From IMG/VR virus record IMGVR_UViG_3300020036_001014, positions 2,266-66,265 of that record: DNA of 64,000 nt. The stretch is one strand, 5' to 3'. Of the stretch, positions 19,032 to 29,928 are shown in pieces; the stretch's first letter is position 1; every line of letters starts with the position of its first letter. The stretch is from a virus. The notes under the pieces are model-generated. The model ran no database searches. It was not told where the DNA came from and was given only the letters and a program-made list of their open reading frames with translations. The position numbers and the translations under genes are program-made.

Positions 19032-20788
19032 TGCCAGAGCTAGGTACGCCCGAAGGTGAGTTCTACAACCCGGATCCAGTAGCCACGGATGATAGCGTTG
19101 ACATAGCTGCTGCGGTAGCTGCTGGCGCCGGTCAACCAGCACAGCAACAGGTGACTGACGCGAGCACGTCGTCAGCTGTGTATCAGCCACAGCGTCAGAA
19201 TATCAGCCAATCCGTTAACATCCAAGGCGGGTTCCCTCAGCAGGGCGTGCTTGAGCTTACGCAAGAGGACTTCTACCCCGGACCCGGCGTAGCTGAAGAT
19301 CGTTATGAGACCGGCCTTGAGCTGACCCCTCGTGCCGCACAGACACCTCTTGGGGCTATCAGCAAAGCAGCTGCACTACTGCAACGCAGGCAGCAGGATC
19401 TGGACAAGGCCGTTCAGGACTTTGACATCAACTCCAAGATGGGCAAAGCCGCTGATCCATATCAGCAGAACTTTGTCAAGGTGGCCCGTGGTAAGATGGA
19501 CAACTTCGTAGCAGGGGTTGCCGATGCTTACTACAAGGGAGACAAGAAGGCGGCTATGCGAGCCATTGCAACCAACCCGGAACTACGTACCAAGTGGCGT
19601 CAGCTGTCATCCGAACTCGAAGCCCTTGGCCAGCACAGCCAGTTCATTGGACTGCGTGCCGCTGAGTACATCAAGAACGCCAAGGACAACAAGATCCAGT
19701 TCGACCCTGAGACGCTGAAGATGGCGGAGGAATTGTACTCTGGCTTGAATCAATTCAGCGCAGAGGACGGAGCTGGAGGTGATGTACTGAAACAAACCCG
19801 ACTGAACCGTGCGTTCGAGCAGCGCATGTCAATGGAGGAGTTCTACAACAACGACGTCCTTAAGGGGCTTGAACAGTCGCAGCAAGAGCTGTCGAAGGTT
19901 GGCATCACCAAGAGAGGCAACACTTGGTTCATGACCAAGGAGGGCAAGAAGAACTTCGATGGGGTCATTGATGCAATGGCTCCGCGCATGGCGGATGTGT
20001 CTGGCATCACGGTCGAAGAGGCTAAGGATTATCTTACAAAGCGTCTGCCCGTATCCATCACTGAGGATGTTCATGCTCAGGGAATTGAGATGGGTCGTGG
20101 AAGTCAGGCCAATACAGAGAAGACGTCCTTGTCTGGTGGGGTAGGAAGGTCTATCGCCACAGATGACTGGAAGTCTCAGACCAATAGCGCATATCAGAAA
20201 CTGCGCAAGGAGAATCTGCAAGCCATGTCTTCCGGGAATAAGTTCCCTGATGAGAAGAATGATCAGATGCACATCATGACCCGACAGATCGCTGCCAATG
20301 AAGCGAATGGAAGCATACAGCGAGTCGATCCAAGTGTGATCGTTGGCGGTCAGGCGAAGCCTGTTGGTGCCCGCAGATACGGAAACTCTTACATCACCGG
20401 AGAGAGCTTCGAGCGTGCATACGATAAGAACAAGCAACCTATTCCCGGACAGTGGTACGTAGTCGGTCGCGAGGTTGGCCCGGAGATGACGCAGGAGCTT
20501 ATGAGGGCGGAGCAATCGTCAGGTCCTGACGGCGTAGAAGCCCTGCTTAGTACCGATAAGTTCAAGTCTGCGCCTATCGTATACCGCAGGGTCGGCGATG
20601 TTCTTCCCGCCCTGAATGAGTACTACAAGAAGCAGGTCCCAAGCGGAGGCACATTCATTGATGTACTGGAGGGTGCGGTAGGTGGATCGCCTGCCCCATC
20701 AGCGCCAGCCAAGCCACCCGCACCATCTTCCCAAACGCCAGCTCCAGTGCGTAAACGCTGGAACCAGGTAACTCAATCACTAGAGTAA
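19031..20788 (+). CDS. hypothetical virion protein (585 aa)
   Basis: ATG ORF coupled (TAATG) to its neighbours; Ala/Pro-rich C-terminus. Confidence 0.45.
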   Translation: MPELGTPEGEFYNPDPVATDDSVDIAAAVAAGAGQPAQQQVTDASTSSAVYQPQRQNISQSVNIQGGFPQQGVLELTQEDFYPGPGVAEDRYETGLELTPRAAQTPLGAISKAAALLQRRQQDLDKAVQDFDINSKMGKAADPYQQNFVKVARGKMDNFVAGVADAYYKGDKKAAMRAIATNPELRTKWRQLSSELEALGQHSQFIGLRAAEYIKNAKDNKIQFDPETLKMAEELYSGLNQFSAEDGAGGDVLKQTRLNRAFEQRMSMEEFYNNDVLKGLEQSQQELSKVGITKRGNTWFMTKEGKKNFDGVIDAMAPRMADVSGITVEEAKDYLTKRLPVSITEDVHAQGIEMGRGSQANTEKTSLSGGVGRSIATDDWKSQTNSAYQKLRKENLQAMSSGNKFPDEKNDQMHIMTRQIAANEANGSIQRVDPSVIVGGQAKPVGARRYGNSYITGESFERAYDKNKQPIPGQWYVVGREVGPEMTQELMRAEQSSGPDGVEALLSTDKFKSAPIVYRRVGDVLPALNEYYKKQVPSGGTFIDVLEGAVGGSPAPSAPAKPPAPSSQTPAPVRKRWNQVTQSLE

Positions 20789-23700
20789 TGACAGATCCTC
20801 AGAATCCACCGGCACAAGACATCGAGATCGAAGCGCCGGATGGGGCTATCATTGCCTTCCCGTCAACTATGTCAGAGCAGGACATCGGCGCTGCCATGTC
20901 CAAGCTATACCCAAGCAAGCCGCAGCAGCCTCCTGCCAAGCAGCAACCCGTTACCCCGCAAGCTACAGCTGCGCCCGTAAGCCAAGCCACGGAGCTTGAT
21001 CCGTTCGGTGACGTTATCGCCAAGCCATCTCTCGTGGCCAAGCAGGAGCCCATGGTTCCTACCACGAAGATGACAGAGGGTATGCCGTTCGTATCCCAGC
21101 GCCAGAACCTGATGGAGTTGGAGCGCAAGGAAGAACTGTCAGCTGAGATGGCCAGACAGAACATGTTCGCTAACTCCCACTTCGCCGGGATGAATGAAGA
21201 GCAGCTGAACAAAGCGAAGCAAGGTATCGAGGCAGAGAAGATGGCATTCGATAAGATCGGGCAAAGCATCGTACAGCGCACAGGATCGCTTAAAGAGTCA
21301 GCAGCCGCACTGGAGGCAACGCGCAAGCAATTAGAGCAGCAGATCCAAGAAAACCCAGCTCTTCAGCCAGAGCTATCCGCTCAGTATGACGCAGCGGTAG
21401 AGGCTCACAACAAAGAAGCCCGTACCGTACAGGCCCTGATCCCCATCGCAGAGGACTACGCAAGCAAGCTTGGTCTGGATGAGATGGCTGCCACGATGCA
21501 GGACTACGAGATCAAGAAGGGTCAAGGAAGTTGGGGCGGGGCTATCGCGAACAAGTTCACTGGGTCTGTCGGTCAGATGATGGCAGCTGGCGCTGACCTG
21601 ACCATGTCTCTGGCTAATTCGCTAGACGCTGTAACCGGGTTCACCGGTATGACCGACGCACAGCGCGGCATCCTCAAGGAAGAGCTTATCGGCAAGGACG
21701 CATCCGGTATCAGGGATATACCAACCGATCTGATGCGTATCGAGAGCACGACCAAGGAGTACATCCAAGAGAAGGAGAAAGGGCTGTTAGGTGGAGCGGT
21801 TCTCGGTCTTGCTGGTTCGGCACTGCTAATGATGACACCAGCCATGTCCGGGATCTTCCTTCAGTCCTACGACGGAATGAAGCAGGAGATGTCAGGTGAT
21901 GAATGGGCTGGTGTACCGGAGTCAGAGAAGGCAGCACTGGCTGCGGCTGGTGGAACGATCGCAGCATCCCTTGAGCGCCTTGGTTTCAGCAACCTTGCCA
22001 AGAGTACACCTGTTGCGCGCACGATCCTTGCGTCTGCCATGCCCAAGATGCTGCCAAGCATGTCGGCTGGCCAGATAAATAGACTACTCAGCGCAGAGAC
22101 AGACAGCTGGATCCGTAACGCCATTGTCAAAACAGGGTCTGGTTTCCTAGCTGAAGCAGAAACCGGCGCAGCCCAAGAGCTAGCCGACATCGGCATGAAG
22201 GAGATGTACAACGAAGCTAAAGGCAGGGACTTGTTCCAGACCCCAGAGTCTTTCGTTGACGCGTTCGGTCAGGTTGTGCGCAGTGGTATTCAGGAAGGCA
22301 TCGGAGGCAGTATCATGTCAGCTCCGTTCGCATACTCTGCTGCACGTAAGGCTGGCGCTGTTGGTAAGCAGCAGACCGAGAGGCAGTATAAGTTCATGGA
22401 GAAGCTGTTCACTGATCCTGACTACGTAGATACATTCAAGGCTGCGTCAGAGGCCTTGGTCAAGGCCGGTGAGGTAACTCAGGCTGAAGTGGATCGTGCT
22501 GTTGACGACCTTCAGGTGGCGAGTAAGCTGATGCAGAAGATGCCGGAGGATATGCCAGCGGATAAGCGCAGGCAGGCATTCGATCTGCTGCTGGAGAAGG
22601 AGCGCCTATCCAAGAAGGAGAAGGCGATGGTCGAGGGCAAGGTACAGGACATCGACAATGAGCTACGCAAGCTGGCGGGTATAGAGACCAAGACACCAAC
22701 TACTGATAAGACAAGTACTAACACTGCTACGATCAAGCAGGATGACGGAAGTGTGTCCAAGGATGGCGGCCACAGATTCATTGTAGACGGAAGGATATCG
22801 CTCCCGGTAAAAGGAGATGGATCTCAGGATGCCATAAGAGAAACAACTGCTTGGGCAGATGAGGTTACATCGCTCAATGATGGCACTATCATATTGACTG
22901 ATCCTGATAACGGACCCGTTCAGAAGCTAGTGGTCGGACGCGGAGATGAGACCTCGTTTTGGCTGGAAGACGCAAAGACCGGTGAGGTTATGTGGAAGTC
23001 CGGAGATAACATCGGGCTACTCAAGAGCAGGGTGGGGAATGGCGACATTCTCTCGACGCCTACCGCCGCCACCGCAAACCCTGCGGCGAAGCCGACAGAA
23101 GAAGAGCTTAACACCGACACGAAAGGGGACGCGGAACGCGATGAACTGATACGAATGAGGAATGATCGAGGGGTGTTCTTCGACCCCATGGACGACCTTC
23201 CTGATCAGGTTGTCAGAACCATGAACCGCGTTGATAACGGTGTACCCACCGACCCCGTTTCGCTGAACGAGGCAAGCAACTGGTTGTATGGTAAAAGGAA
23301 ACAGATCGCCAGCATGGCCACCGACCCAAATCGAATGATGACAAGGAATCAGATAGACGGCCTTCTTGCAGAGATAGATGACGCGATAAGCACCATAGAA
23401 ACATACAAGTATGAGCAACGAGAAAAAGGATCAACCGATGCCAGCGAAAACTACACCGGAGAAAAGGGTGAACATCAGGCGGCGGCTATTGATAGCGCAA
23501 ATGCCGTCCGGACACCCAATGAAGGCACCGCAAGGATCAACCCAGAAGGGGATTTGACAGACGATCAGCTGAATGCGCTAGCAGAAGACCCATCACTGGC
23601 TGCAACTAAAGCTGCGACCAGTGGAGGTGTTGACGTGAATGACTCCGCTGCCATCAACGAACTTGCAACACGCTTGCAAGGGTTGAACAAAGCTGGTGCT

Positions 23701-26700
23701 GATTACGCAGCGATTATTGGCAAGGTAGCCAAAGCGGCCACTACCCTCAGGTCCATTGCTCCGGGGGTTAACATCCAAGTACACGAGACGGCTGACACCA
23801 TCCCAGTAGGGGATGCTTCGTCCGGTAATCGAGGCGTACTTACCATCACCGGCCGTGACGCTAACGGCAACGTAGAGGGTACGATCCACATCAACTTGGA
23901 TCAAGCCACTGAGAATACGATAGCCCACGAGATCGGGCACGTTGCTCTTCGTCAGGCATTCGGCGCTGATCCCAAGCTGTTCACGCAGTTCAAGGAGAGG
24001 GTCAAGAAAGCTGTCAAGCCGTCTGACTTCAAGGCCGTTGAGGCCATGATGGGTAAGGACTACTCTTCTGCCGAAGCACCGGAAGAGTTCCTTGCTGATC
24101 TGACGCAGATGGTCAGCGATCGCATCGACTCAGGCGATCCGCTTACGGCCAAGGAAGTTACTGTAATCGACAAGGTTGTTGCGATCATCAACGACTTCCT
24201 TAAGGCACTGGGCATTGATCCGATCCTAGTTGATCCACGGGACGCACGAGCTACCCTTGAGTTCTTCCGCGATCTGGGCGCTGCTGCTAACGCAGGGGTT
24301 GCCGTCAATACAGAGCTGGCAGAAGGGGTAGGCGGGACCGGTACGGTATACTCCAAGGCAGATAGCAATGTGGTCCGCCTGCTTAAAGGATCAGAGTTCC
24401 TGAACGCAGCTCCGGCACAGCGCAAGCAGATGCTGATCGACGCCCGTGCTCAGGACGCATCTGAACGCGCAGCGCAAGAGGCCAAGGTTGTAGCCCAAGC
24501 AAAGGCGGCTGGAGCAAAGGAGGAACGCGTTCGATCCAAGGAGGACCTGAGCAATATGAAGGAGCAGTACAAAACCTTCATTGACAGCTACGACGCAGCG
24601 ACCAAGAAGTCCATGGCTGAACTTGAGGAAGAGTTCATTGCCCGTAACGCCAAGGATGTTGACCTTGCGCGAGCCGCCATTGACAACCTCAAGGCACAGC
24701 TTCAGGAATCCAAGGAGGACCTTAAGCGTGTGGCCAAGGATGGGTTCAATCTGGGTCGCGGTATCGGCAGCGTAGAGGGTGAGGTACGCGGTATCGGGGA
24801 GGGCCTAAAGCAAGCCGCTGCTGCACAGAAGAAGATCCGCGAGGATGTTGCAGCTTACCTGAGCCTGATCAAGCAGAAGGGAGATATCTCGGTAGCCCAG
24901 TCCAAGGCACTGATCAATGCAGCAATGCGGATCAAGATCGGAGACCCAGCCTCATTCACCAAGTTCGAGAACTACGTGGACAAGGTCATGGATGATGCGG
25001 CTTACGCAGCAAGGATCGAGCAGGTCCGTGACCTACAAGCTAAGGCGACCAAGCGAAAGCACTCGTTGATGTCTGGCATCGTTAAGGAGTTCACATCAAT
25101 AGACCCGGAGAACATCCCAAGTTCATTGATGGCGGACTACGTGTCAGCCCTTAAGAACCTAGCCAAGAAGGTTCCTTCCTACTCCGACATGAAGGGACTT
25201 GTGATCCAGATCTCAAACGCAAGGCCAATCCCCACTGCTGGTAAGTTTGACTCGGCCACAAGTTTTTCGGAACTCAATCAAGCCATCACGTCTATCGCCA
25301 GCAACCAGCTCAACAGCGTTGAAGATTTCATGTCAATGCTTCGGGACATGAGGAGTGTGGCGAAGAGGGCCAGCGAACTCAATAGCCTTGATCCATCTGA
25401 TCCGAACTACCTCAGCGACACTCAGTACAACGGACTGGTTGACGGACTGGCGTTAACGTCAAGGAAGCTGTCGGATGAATACATAAAAGAGGTTGAGCCA
25501 CTGAAGAAGGCACTGATAGGTAATATCAGATCCATTACCGTACCATATTCATCGACCAGTTCTGCCGACGCAGATCCAAGCGAGAATCTACTTCAGGACG
25601 CTGCTACGCTTTCCGACAAGCAGCTCATGTCTCTTGATCCAATACAGCTTCAAGACCTATCGGAGCTCATGGCTCAAGCCGTCGCCGATAGATACGTAGA
25701 CGTAAGTAGGTTGTTCCCAATAGTCACGGCAGCCAAGGTGTATTCAGATGCGGAGAATATGGCCAACAATCTCCGCAAAGTCAAGATGGATCAAGTCAAG
25801 CTAGGTGAGTTACTGGCCCGAACCGATGTCTCGTTCTGGTCCAGTGTATCCGGGATGGGAGCGCGTGTGGCCAATGTATTCGACAGGGGAATTGTTGCCC
25901 CTTGGATCAAGGCCGACGCCGGTAGGATCAGGCTGATGAGGGATACCGGTAGCAAGGTCGTTGACCTGAAGGAGAAGTACAAGCTTGGCCCTAAGCTTAC
26001 TGACTCGATAAAGGCTAACGCCATGCGTAAGCAAGTGCCGAACTATGTCATGGACAAGATCGGAGCGGTCGTACGATACTTGGAAGAGTACGAGCTTGGC
26101 ACCAGAGTGGACAGGTCCGACGAGTTCGGACAGTATGGTACTCGTGATATGTTTGAGCCAAGCACTCTTGAGAAGCTGGACAAAGGAGGTGCAATGCACA
26201 CTGCTGGAGCCGACCAGACAAAGAAGCACTGGGAGAAGGCGTGGCTCTCTTTCCCGAAGACCAACGGGAAGGTGGACCCCAAGGACGTATACGAGTCTGT
26301 TACAAAGAACGACGGAAGGTATCTATCCAAGGAGGAGGGCGCGTTCTTTAACGAACTGATGGAGTGGAAGGCCAAGAACATCACCCCCAAGCAGCGATAT
26401 GCTAACGCGATAAGAGGCATCCCGTTCAACGAGCTTCAGTTCCACATGCCAAGGGTCAAGATCGGGCCAGCATCAACGTCCGACGCAGAGGCGCTCGCCA
26501 CACCAGTGACCAACAAGAACCTTGGCCTTCGATCTGGCACTGGGTACTCCCGCAGCGAGAACCAGCCACTCGGGTTGTTTGAGACCAATATCGAAAGTCT
26601 GATCCACAACAACGCAGAGTCTACTGGGCGTGACTTCTATTTCAATAGCGCACTGAAGGAGGTGTCTCTTGCGCTGAAAGAGGCTGGCAAGAATGTGGCA

Positions 26701-28293
26701 GGAGAGGGTAACCTAGAGCAAGTGGTCGCTGTGATAAGGGATTCCGTTCAGCAGTCGATCAATGCGGGGCTCACCCCGCTCCCAAGCAATGGGGCTGGAG
26801 AGAAGCTGTTCGCAGCGGCCATGTCAGCGGCTTCTATGCGGGCGCTGCTCCGACCCCTTCGCGTAATCCCAGATCTCCTATCTTCCTCAATAGACATGGC
26901 CGGGAGGACAGGGTCCTTGTCGATATACCCCAAGGCGGTCACTCAGCTCAATGGTCTAAAGGATGACGTGAAGAGGTTGATGGATGACACCAACAGCAAT
27001 CATGCGGACAGGCTATCCATCTCTAGGCACATAGAAATAGGCCGTGACGAGATAGTTGAGCAGGGCAAGCTCGCGAAGGCAAGGGAATACATGTCATCCC
27101 TAGCTGAGAAGATCATGGCCGCTCCTGTATGGATGACAATGTTCGAGTCATCGTTCATGGACGCCGCTGGACAGAAGTTCGACATGGAGAAGTACAAGTC
27201 CAGCGCCATCTACCGAGCAACTAACAAGGAAGCCGTAAATATAGCTGCTGCTCAGGCAGACTTCGTGTGGTCGAGGTACACTGGCACAGGGACGATCGTT
27301 GGACAGAAGAGAAAGAACAACGCCCTATTCGCTGATGTTGACTCAAAGACAAAAACAGGAAGATCGTTGGCGTGGATGACCGGCTATTCCGAGCGTCAAA
27401 GACAAGCCCTTATTGACTCGTTCCGATTCGCAAGAGAAACCATATCGTCTGGATCTGGGGCCGGGAAACTAAAGGGATCCGGAACCTTCTTGGCGACAGC
27501 GACAGGAACACTGATCAGCGGCCTTGCCTACGCTATGGGTATGCAGATGGCGCATCTAGCTTGGATGGCGGCTGCCGGTGACGACGAGGAGAAGAAGAAG
27601 GCCGCTGAGAATATGGAGAAGATGAAGAGCCCGGAGTACGCAGGAGGAGAGGCGCTGGCTTCGATGGCTTCTTTGGCTGGTACGAAATACGGGTCTGTTG
27701 GTAGGTACTCCATAAGAGTGATGGGGTCCCTGTATTACGCGTGGCTTGACTCACAAGAGACCCCGACTGATCCAGAAGCCAAGCGAGAGTTCAATAGCAG
27801 AAAGGCTTGGGCTAAGGAGATGGTAAGAAACTTTACCTACTCCGCACCCATTGAGACATCTGGCAAAGGGGGGTCCGGTAAGGCGGTAGTTCACTCAATG
27901 GCAGACGCCATCCCCGTTGTCGGATCGCTGTCAGCTCTGATAGAGCAGGAGCTGGAAGCGGTTAAGTCCTCCAAGAAGCTTGGAAAGGAGGCCGAAAGCG
28001 TAGAGGAGGTGGCCATCTTGGCTGGTCAGATGTCCCTCGCCCTGTTCAACACCGTAGCATTCCTGTATGGGATCCAGTTCTCGTCTGCTGCGCTGGATAA
28101 GAAGGCTGCCGGGATCATGAAGGATCAAGAGCTAGGCAAAGCACCGACAACGGCAGCTGGATTTAAGGCCAGAGCCATGAGCCGGTTCGACAGAATGGCT
28201 GAAGATGACGCACAAATGGAGTCGGACAGGGCCTTTGAGGACAAAGGATTGATCGACAAACTGCTCCAAGGTGATCCAAATGATGAGGAATAA
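20788..28293 (+). CDS. giant virion protein (2501 aa) with zincin-like HEXXH motif and hydrophobic segments
   Basis: Uninterrupted 7.5-kb ORF. HEIGH with a Glu about 21 residues downstream (gluzincin-like pattern) near residue 1050. Several predicted TM-like stretches around residues 330-420 and near the C-terminus. Long Ala/Glu/Lys-rich coiled-coil-type regions. Resembles tape-measure or ejected cargo proteins. Confidence 0.55.
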   Translation: MTDPQNPPAQDIEIEAPDGAIIAFPSTMSEQDIGAAMSKLYPSKPQQPPAKQQPVTPQATAAPVSQATELDPFGDVIAKPSLVAKQEPMVPTTKMTEGMPFVSQRQNLMELERKEELSAEMARQNMFANSHFAGMNEEQLNKAKQGIEAEKMAFDKIGQSIVQRTGSLKESAAALEATRKQLEQQIQENPALQPELSAQYDAAVEAHNKEARTVQALIPIAEDYASKLGLDEMAATMQDYEIKKGQGSWGGAIANKFTGSVGQMMAAGADLTMSLANSLDAVTGFTGMTDAQRGILKEELIGKDASGIRDIPTDLMRIESTTKEYIQEKEKGLLGGAVLGLAGSALLMMTPAMSGIFLQSYDGMKQEMSGDEWAGVPESEKAALAAAGGTIAASLERLGFSNLAKSTPVARTILASAMPKMLPSMSAGQINRLLSAETDSWIRNAIVKTGSGFLAEAETGAAQELADIGMKEMYNEAKGRDLFQTPESFVDAFGQVVRSGIQEGIGGSIMSAPFAYSAARKAGAVGKQQTERQYKFMEKLFTDPDYVDTFKAASEALVKAGEVTQAEVDRAVDDLQVASKLMQKMPEDMPADKRRQAFDLLLEKERLSKKEKAMVEGKVQDIDNELRKLAGIETKTPTTDKTSTNTATIKQDDGSVSKDGGHRFIVDGRISLPVKGDGSQDAIRETTAWADEVTSLNDGTIILTDPDNGPVQKLVVGRGDETSFWLEDAKTGEVMWKSGDNIGLLKSRVGNGDILSTPTAATANPAAKPTEEELNTDTKGDAERDELIRMRNDRGVFFDPMDDLPDQVVRTMNRVDNGVPTDPVSLNEASNWLYGKRKQIASMATDPNRMMTRNQIDGLLAEIDDAISTIETYKYEQREKGSTDASENYTGEKGEHQAAAIDSANAVRTPNEGTARINPEGDLTDDQLNALAEDPSLAATKAATSGGVDVNDSAAINELATRLQGLNKAGADYAAIIGKVAKAATTLRSIAPGVNIQVHETADTIPVGDASSGNRGVLTITGRDANGNVEGTIHINLDQATENTIAHEIGHVALRQAFGADPKLFTQFKERVKKAVKPSDFKAVEAMMGKDYSSAEAPEEFLADLTQMVSDRIDSGDPLTAKEVTVIDKVVAIINDFLKALGIDPILVDPRDARATLEFFRDLGAAANAGVAVNTELAEGVGGTGTVYSKADSNVVRLLKGSEFLNAAPAQRKQMLIDARAQDASERAAQEAKVVAQAKAAGAKEERVRSKEDLSNMKEQYKTFIDSYDAATKKSMAELEEEFIARNAKDVDLARAAIDNLKAQLQESKEDLKRVAKDGFNLGRGIGSVEGEVRGIGEGLKQAAAAQKKIREDVAAYLSLIKQKGDISVAQSKALINAAMRIKIGDPASFTKFENYVDKVMDDAAYAARIEQVRDLQAKATKRKHSLMSGIVKEFTSIDPENIPSSLMADYVSALKNLAKKVPSYSDMKGLVIQISNARPIPTAGKFDSATSFSELNQAITSIASNQLNSVEDFMSMLRDMRSVAKRASELNSLDPSDPNYLSDTQYNGLVDGLALTSRKLSDEYIKEVEPLKKALIGNIRSITVPYSSTSSADADPSENLLQDAATLSDKQLMSLDPIQLQDLSELMAQAVADRYVDVSRLFPIVTAAKVYSDAENMANNLRKVKMDQVKLGELLARTDVSFWSSVSGMGARVANVFDRGIVAPWIKADAGRIRLMRDTGSKVVDLKEKYKLGPKLTDSIKANAMRKQVPNYVMDKIGAVVRYLEEYELGTRVDRSDEFGQYGTRDMFEPSTLEKLDKGGAMHTAGADQTKKHWEKAWLSFPKTNGKVDPKDVYESVTKNDGRYLSKEEGAFFNELMEWKAKNITPKQRYANAIRGIPFNELQFHMPRVKIGPASTSDAEALATPVTNKNLGLRSGTGYSRSENQPLGLFETNIESLIHNNAESTGRDFYFNSALKEVSLALKEAGKNVAGEGNLEQVVAVIRDSVQQSINAGLTPLPSNGAGEKLFAAAMSAASMRALLRPLRVIPDLLSSSIDMAGRTGSLSIYPKAVTQLNGLKDDVKRLMDDTNSNHADRLSISRHIEIGRDEIVEQGKLAKAREYMSSLAEKIMAAPVWMTMFESSFMDAAGQKFDMEKYKSSAIYRATNKEAVNIAAAQADFVWSRYTGTGTIVGQKRKNNALFADVDSKTKTGRSLAWMTGYSERQRQALIDSFRFARETISSGSGAGKLKGSGTFLATATGTLISGLAYAMGMQMAHLAWMAAAGDDEEKKKAAENMEKMKSPEYAGGEALASMASLAGTKYGSVGRYSIRVMGSLYYAWLDSQETPTDPEAKREFNSRKAWAKEMVRNFTYSAPIETSGKGGSGKAVVHSMADAIPVVGSLSALIEQELEAVKSSKKLGKEAESVEEVAILAGQMSLALFNTVAFLYGIQFSSAALDKKAAGIMKDQELGKAPTTAAGFKARAMSRFDRMAEDDAQMESDRAFEDKGLIDKLLQGDPNDEE

Positions 28294-28317
28294 CCTCCTG
28301 ATAGTCAGGACTTTAAG

Positions 28318-28325
28318 TATCTTTG
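28318..28325 (+). promoter_or_regulatory. TATCTTTG promoter element (near-leaderless)
   Basis: Exact octamer ending 4 nt before the ATG at 28330. Confidence 0.45.
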
Positions 28326-28329
28326 CGGT

Positions 28330-28890
28330 ATGCTCCAGCTAAAGGCTCGGTCCTGTGAGACCTGCGACGGGTTTACGTTCACCGACAAGACGGGGGCGTA
28401 CGATATCACCGACAACCCTACTGGGTACGGTGCAGCTAACACTGTCCTCCAGCCATCTAGCTTCGACACGTACATCCTTCAGGTATGGCAGCCCAACTCC
28501 GATCTCTCAGGAGATCCGGACTACGAGGTTGACCTGCTGACGCTGACGTACCCCACCCCGGACGCAGATTTCTTCTTCTCGTGGCCCATTACAATGACCA
28601 TGATGGGGATTGACTCCATGCCCTCCGGGGTATGGACCATGACCGCAAGAGGCGTAGACGGGTCTACTACTTACCGAGTAGATGTACAGTGCATCTTCCT
28701 TGAAGACATCGAGGATCAGATCGACCAACTGATGCTGCGATGGGATCCCAAGTGCGGATGCAACAAGGGCTGTCCTTCGGCACCAGAAGCATTCATGCAG
28801 CTGATGACCATCAAGTGCGGAGGGATCTGTGATCGTGACGCATCGCAAAGCCTGATCGACGATCTATACGACATCTGTGTAAACTGTTAA
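28330..28890 (+). CDS. Cys-rich hypothetical fibre-associated protein (186 aa)
   Basis: Multiple CxxC/CGC motifs (CETCDG, CGCNKGC, KCGGICD, CVNC). Confidence 0.45.
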   Translation: MLQLKARSCETCDGFTFTDKTGAYDITDNPTGYGAANTVLQPSSFDTYILQVWQPNSDLSGDPDYEVDLLTLTYPTPDADFFFSWPITMTMMGIDSMPSGVWTMTARGVDGSTTYRVDVQCIFLEDIEDQIDQLMLRWDPKCGCNKGCPSAPEAFMQLMTIKCGGICDRDASQSLIDDLYDICVNC

Positions 28891-28896
28891 GAAACC

Positions 28897-29928
28897 ATGT
28901 GCGGATGCGCTAGTCCTTGTAACTGTGACCTGAACTTCGATCTGGGCCCCGCTGGTCTTCAGGGGGATCCCGGTCCATCCAACGTGCTTACCATCGGTAC
29001 AGTTACCACGCTGGCTGCTGGAGAGGATGCGACTGCCTCTATCACTGGCACGAGTCCCGATCAGATCCTGAACCTTGGCATTCCTGTTGGAGCCACGGGT
29101 GCAGGCACACCCGGTACTGACGGCACAGATGGGATCAATGCTTACTCTACACTAGCCTCTGGATATACACAGCCAGCGGTTGACTTCAACACGACCATCA
29201 CCCTAGTAGACGGTTCGTGGGTGGCTAACGGCCAGTGGATCTATGTAACTGGGGGTGGGTTCTACCAAGTCTCCGGCGTAGCTGGTAACGTGATCACCAT
29301 CGAGAACATCGGTACGGTAGGTAACGTAGCCGGTGGCATGAGCGTGTCTAATGGAGGCGCTGTTAGCCCAGCTGGTGTTCCGGGTGCTATTGGAGCAACA
29401 GGCGCAGCCGGTGCGACTGGAGCCACTGGAACAGGGTCCATTGTCAGTCTGGTAACTACCATCCCAACCACCACCCCGCCTCCGGGATACGAGTTCCAGT
29501 TCTATACCGACAGCCTTACCCTACCAACCATCTTCCGGGCATACAGCTGGAACGGTTCGGTATGGACAGCTGGTCCCAACATCCTGAGTGGGTTTGGCTC
29601 CACTACCCTAGTAACCCTTACCGCTGGCCCTGTTAGTGTACCGGTGAACTTCCAGTACAGCAGGACCAACATCACCACCACGTCAGCTGACTTTACACTA
29701 GCCTTCAACCTGACCAACTTGGTTGATCACGGTACGTGGCAGGTAAACGTGGTGAAGATCGGAGGTGGTTCAATTACCATGAGCTATACCTCCACATGGG
29801 ATAAGAAGACGGGCGTTACTCTGCCTACTACCATCGCAGCTGGCGAGACGTGGACGTTTGTGATCCGCATGGGTTACGATACGGCTCGTCCTATCATCGA
29901 GGATGTTTATAGCGTGATCCCAACTTGA
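28897..29928 (+). CDS. collagen-like repeat tail fibre protein (343 aa)
   Basis: N-terminal MCGCASPCNC, then Gly-X-Y runs (GPAGLQGDPGPS; GVPGAIGATGAAGATGATGTG), then a Thr/Ser-rich beta region. Confidence 0.5.
   Translation: MCGCASPCNCDLNFDLGPAGLQGDPGPSNVLTIGTVTTLAAGEDATASITGTSPDQILNLGIPVGATGAGTPGTDGTDGINAYSTLASGYTQPAVDFNTTITLVDGSWVANGQWIYVTGGGFYQVSGVAGNVITIENIGTVGNVAGGMSVSNGGAVSPAGVPGAIGATGAAGATGATGTGSIVSLVTTIPTTTPPPGYEFQFYTDSLTLPTIFRAYSWNGSVWTAGPNILSGFGSTTLVTLTAGPVSVPVNFQYSRTNITTTSADFTLAFNLTNLVDHGTWQVNVVKIGGGSITMSYTSTWDKKTGVTLPTTIAAGETWTFVIRMGYDTARPIIEDVYSVIPT

Noticed and set aside
20788-28293. Virion RNA polymerase identity for the 2501-aa protein
   Set aside because: No DxDGD-type catalytic motif was seen on visual scanning. 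The HEXXH motif and TM-like segments fit a peptidase-carrying tape-measure or cargo protein better. It remains possible but unsupported.
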